Of a stretch of 64,000 nt of DNA, positions 60,676-64,000 are shown in pieces; within the stretch, counting starts at the first letter, position 1; the number at the start of each line of letters is the position of its first letter. Source of the stretch: Spirochaetota bacterium (GTDB lineage Bacteria; Spirochaetota; UBA4802; JAGODF01); contig DAIUCD010000005.1 in assembly GCA_036846345.1 (NCBI GenBank), forward strand, positions 110,155 to 174,154, in the 5' to 3' direction. The notes beneath the pieces are model-generated. The model did no database searches and was not told where the DNA came from. It saw only the letters and a program-made list of their open reading frames with translations. The position numbers and the translations under genes were made by a program.

Positions 60676-61554
60676 TTAAAAAATATGTTTAATTTTGCTG
60701 TAAATTTCCTGATACTTTTCCTGTGTTCTGAAAATGATTTCATCCGGGAGGGGAGGGGGAGGTGAATTTTTGTCCCAGCTAGTCGTGTTCAGATAGTCTC
60801 TTATAAACTGCTTATCATAGCTGACAGGAGAGGTTCCGATCTGATAACTGGCCTCGTCCCAAAAACGTGAGCTATCAGGAGTTAGAACCTCATCAATTAA
60901 TACTATTTCATTGCGAATAAAACCGAATTCAAATTTGGTATCCGCGAGGATGATACCCGCCTTTTTCAGCTTCTCTCTCCCGAAGTCGTAGATCTGAAGT
61001 GTTAATTCTCCCAGTCGGTCGGCTACATCCGAATCCAGTTTTTTTCTCATGACATCAATGGAGACATTGATATCATGACCCCTTTTAGCCTTAGTGGCTG
61101 GGGTAAACAGGGGATGGGGAAGCTTCTGAGCCATCTGTAGGCCGTCCTCCATCTTGATTCCGCAAACTGATCCAGTTTTTATGTAATCTTCCCAGCCGCT
61201 TCCAATCAAATAACCCCTTGCAACACATTCAAAATCAATTCTTTCTGCTTTTTTTACAATTACTGATCGGTCTTTCAATTCCGGGATATCTGAAAAAGGT
61301 TTTGGGAAATTTGCTATATTTGACTCAACAATATGATTTTTTAAAAACTTAATGTTCGAAAACCATATATTAGAAATTTTATTTAAAAGTAACCCTTTCC
61401 CGGGAATTCCATTGGGAAAGACATGGTCAAATGCTGATATTCTGTCTGTAGATACTATCAGATAATGGTCTGGGTCAACCAAATAGACATCACGCACCTT
61501 GCCGCTGAATAGTTTTTTTGCGCCCTGGATTTTGAGATTCGTGATTGCTTCCAT
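60676..61554 (-). CDS. purC: phosphoribosylaminoimidazole-succinocarboxamide synthase (SAICAR synthetase)
   Basis: GKVRDVY N-terminal motif; 292-aa long-form PurC. Confidence 0.9.
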   Translation of the reverse strand: MEAITNLKIQGAKKLFSGKVRDVYLVDPDHYLIVSTDRISAFDHVFPNGIPGKGLLLNKISNIWFSNIKFLKNHIVESNIANFPKPFSDIPELKDRSVIVKKAERIDFECVARGYLIGSGWEDYIKTGSVCGIKMEDGLQMAQKLPHPLFTPATKAKRGHDINVSIDVMRKKLDSDVADRLGELTLQIYDFGREKLKKAGIILADTKFEFGFIRNEIVLIDEVLTPDSSRFWDEASYQIGTSPVSYDKQFIRDYLNTTSWDKNSPPPPLPDEIIFRTQEKYQEIYSKIKHIF

Positions 61555-61590
61555 CGTAGACCTCTAATTTCTATTACGGTGGGTGATCAA

Positions 61591-63051
61591 TTATTGGGAT
61601 AATTTCTTTAAGAGTAAATCATTGACAATCTGGGGATTTGCCTTGCCCTTGGACTCTTTCATGATCTGGCCGACTAAAAATTTGAGGGCCTTATCCTTAC
61701 CATTCCTGTAATCGGATACTGATTCAGGATTATCTTGTATGATCTGTTCCACGATTTTTTCAATTGCAGTAACGTCTGTTACCTGTTTTAGACCCTTGGT
61801 TTCTACTATCGTCTCGGCTGCATTACCGCTGGTGATCATCTCTTCAAAAACAACCTTTGCAATTTTTCCGCTTATGGTATTATTGTCTATGAGTTTTATC
61901 AGTCCTGCAAGCATCTCAGGCGTGACAGGAAAGATTGAAATCTTTTCAGAATCATCAATGCGCCCGAGAAGCTCACTCATAATCCAGTTTGAAATACGTT
62001 TGGGATTAGCTCCAACGGCTACAGCCGCTTCATAGTATTCCGCCAGAGGTTTGGTTGATGTCAGCACATCTGCATCATACTCCGGTATTTCGTAATCCCG
62101 TACGATCCTGGCTTTCCTCTCATCAGGCAATTCAGGGAGCATGTTCCTGATATGATTAATATAAATATCATCAATGATTATGGGAGGTAGATCCGGTTCG
62201 GGAAAGTATCTGTAATCATGCGCTTCCTCCTTGGAACGCATGCTGAAGGTCTCACAACGCTGGGAATCCCATAAACGTGTTTCCTGTACAATGACTTCAC
62301 CCTCATCAAGCATGCGGGCCTGTCTTTCGATCTCGTAATCCAGGGATGCTTTTACAGCCTTGAAGGAATTGAGATTTTTGATTTCAACCTTTTCCCCGAA
62401 TTTCTCCTGGCCGAATTCCCTTAGAGATATGTTTACATCACACCGGAGACTCCCTTCCTCCATGTTGCAGTCGGATACTTCGAGGTATTTCATTATAATT
62501 TTCAATTTTTGCAGGTAGTTATAAGCTTCCTCGGAACTTCTAATGTCAGGTTCCGAAACGATCTCGATGAGAGGAACTCCTGTTCGGTTGAAATTGACCA
62601 TAGAGATCTTGTGAGATGGGTTCTCTGAATGGATGGATTTACCGGCATCCTCCTCGAGATGAAGCCTGGTAATACCAATTCTTTTAAGGCCTTGGGATGT
62701 GTTGACGACGATGTGTCCCTCATGGCAAATCGGTTTATCATACTGGGAAATCTGATAAGCCTTCGGGAGATCAGGATAGAAATAATTCTTCCTGTCGAAT
62801 TTGCTGTAATGGGATATATGACAGTTTAGGGACAATCCGGCCAATATGGCTTTAGTTAATACCTCACTATTGAAAACGGGAAGTACGCCTGGAAGGCCGA
62901 GGCACACAGGGCATGTCTGTGAATTGGGATCGTTTCCGAATTTTGTGGAACATCCGCAAAAAATCTTAGTCTCAGTGTTGAGCTGAATATGCACTTCCAA
63001 GCCTATCACAGGTTCATACTTCATTTTATCCTCATGGATCGGATCGGTCAA
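61591..63051 (-). CDS. gatB: Asp-tRNA(Asn)/Glu-tRNA(Gln) amidotransferase subunit B
   Basis: Full-length GatB with VIGLEVHIQL N-terminus and C-terminal YqeY-like domain. Confidence 0.95.
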   Translation of the reverse strand: MTDPIHEDKMKYEPVIGLEVHIQLNTETKIFCGCSTKFGNDPNSQTCPVCLGLPGVLPVFNSEVLTKAILAGLSLNCHISHYSKFDRKNYFYPDLPKAYQISQYDKPICHEGHIVVNTSQGLKRIGITRLHLEEDAGKSIHSENPSHKISMVNFNRTGVPLIEIVSEPDIRSSEEAYNYLQKLKIIMKYLEVSDCNMEEGSLRCDVNISLREFGQEKFGEKVEIKNLNSFKAVKASLDYEIERQARMLDEGEVIVQETRLWDSQRCETFSMRSKEEAHDYRYFPEPDLPPIIIDDIYINHIRNMLPELPDERKARIVRDYEIPEYDADVLTSTKPLAEYYEAAVAVGANPKRISNWIMSELLGRIDDSEKISIFPVTPEMLAGLIKLIDNNTISGKIAKVVFEEMITSGNAAETIVETKGLKQVTDVTAIEKIVEQIIQDNPESVSDYRNGKDKALKFLVGQIMKESKGKANPQIVNDLLLKKLSQ

Positions 63052-63145
63052 TTGATTGCCAGCGTTTGAAAAATTGCATCCGAAGTCGGAATTGAAAGTA
63101 AATATTTGTTGAAATATTGAGTTTATCTATTTCACTGTTTATAAT

Positions 63146-63685
63146 TTGTCAACTAGAAAGGTTTCAATTGAAAAAAAACTATCTTTGGTCCCAATGAGAA
63201 TATTTAAAGTGCCGATAATTGCTCTCCTCCTGTTCATCTCAGGTTTTACAGCAGGCAGTTTGCTGAAAAAACAGTTTTTTATTGAGTTTTTAGGTATGGG
63301 GAGTAATTACCTGTATTTGATATACCGTCCGGTTCATCAATTTGTAAGAATTCGTTATGAATTGTATAGTAATAATAAACTGGAGCGACTTAAAGCCTAT
63401 TATGCCCTGTATGATTATAATTACATCGATGTGGATTTCCTGGCTGAGAGATACAGGCTGGAAGATTCTCATTTGAATAAAAGGACTATAGTCTGGATTC
63501 TGGGCAATGCACCTGATCGGGATAAAGTGAAAAGATTCATCAATAAAGAGTTTGAGCCGGCTGAGAGAGATGTACAATTGGAAATGCTTGGTGTGCTGAA
63601 CAGGATGGGACAAGGGGTTTTGAGGGATTTTATTCAGGAGAGGCATATCCCGAAGGCGCTGTACAGGATAATCCTGGGTAATTAA
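63146..63685 (+). CDS. hypothetical membrane-anchored protein
   Basis: N-terminal TM (VPIIALLLFISGFTAGSLL); helical-repeat-like C-terminus. Confidence 0.4.
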   Translation: MSTRKVSIEKKLSLVPMRIFKVPIIALLLFISGFTAGSLLKKQFFIEFLGMGSNYLYLIYRPVHQFVRIRYELYSNNKLERLKAYYALYDYNYIDVDFLAERYRLEDSHLNKRTIVWILGNAPDRDKVKRFINKEFEPAERDVQLEMLGVLNRMGQGVLRDFIQERHIPKALYRIILGN

Positions 63686-63764
63686 TGATGATAACGGTAA
63701 GTAGTTTGACTAATTTAAGGATACCGTATCATTTTGTTGAAATATTTATTAACGGGTTACTATT

Positions 63765-64000
63765 ATGAAAGAGTACATTGAAAATTTATGCATAAAGAGT
63801 AGGCTGGCATCACGATATATTGCAAATCTCACTACCAATCAGCGCAATGATATATTGATGGCTATTGCTGATAAACTAAGAGAAAGAAGCAGTTTTATTA
63901 TCGAAGAAAACCGGAAGGATTTGGATATCGCGGATACTTCAGGGGTTAACAGTGCTTTTCGGGACAGGCTGTTGCTTAATGTCGACCGTATAGAAGGTTT
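63765..64000 (+). CDS. proA: gamma-glutamyl phosphate reductase, N-terminal fragment (continues past window end)
   Basis: N-terminus MKEYIENLCIKSRLASRYIANLTTNQRNDILMAIADKLRE…NRKDLDIA collinear with ProA. Confidence 0.7.
   Translation, partial: MKEYIENLCIKSRLASRYIANLTTNQRNDILMAIADKLRERSSFIIEENRKDLDIADTSGVNSAFRDRLLLNVDRIEG

Overview
This 64 kb bacterial chromosomal window holds about 58 protein-coding genes and no rRNA, tRNA or CRISPR that I could recognise.

**Composition.** The first ~42 kb is GC-rich (hand-sampled lines ~55-70% GC). Composition then drifts downward, and the last ~18 kb is markedly AT-rich (sampled lines ~32-50%) even though it carries core genes (eno, PFOR, prfB, purC, gatB, proA).

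**Content, 5' to 3'.**
- 1-5.4 kb: an SPFH/Band-7-like operon fragment, a Cache-type methyl-accepting chemotaxis protein, a secreted protein built of seven 'CYWKNG' repeats, and an alpha/beta hydrolase.
- 5.7-18.5 kb: a DUF2652 (cyclase-like) gene, then a regulator-rich lipid/acyl-CoA-type metabolic cluster. It contains enoyl-CoA hydratase, a YhdH/AcuI-type reductase, TetR, a membrane-anchored AraC, a VOC protein, an NAD-epimerase, an SCP2 protein, a ThDP (thiamine diphosphate) enzyme, a Zn-ADH and a PlsC-type acyltransferase.
- 19.4-32 kb: a DUF362 + membrane polyferredoxin pair, a TPR lipoprotein, an RlmD/RumA-type methyltransferase, mpl, a TonB-dependent receptor, psd, a cytidylate-kinase-like gene and a polysaccharide deacetylase.
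- 32-46 kb: a 1754-aa Ser/Thr kinase-AAA-TPR-GAF-PP2C fusion, an MFE-2-type SDR, thyX, hemB, hemL, a PAS histidine kinase, a thiolase and a dCMP deaminase.
- 46-64 kb (AT-richer): eno, ftsB, DUF501, a YrdC-like gene, a CheW-like orphan, PFOR, a PilZ-like(?) membrane protein, a spore-photoproduct-lyase-type radical SAM protein, prfB (TTG start, no programmed frameshift), two unknown co-oriented genes, an orphan fliS plus a fliT-like gene, purC, gatB and the start of proA.

**Candidates for undescribed biology.**
- The SCP2/ThDP-enzyme/ADH operon with its sensors.
- The structured ~900 bp non-coding region at 9.3-10.2 kb.
- The CYWKNG-repeat protein.
- The two-gene unknown operon at 57.8-59.6 kb.
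- The compositional heterogeneity itself.

All functional calls rest on motif-level recognition of the translated ORFs, with no database searches run. I noticed a 1-2 nt indexing discrepancy near 55.4 kb, so hand-derived motif coordinates carry that uncertainty.
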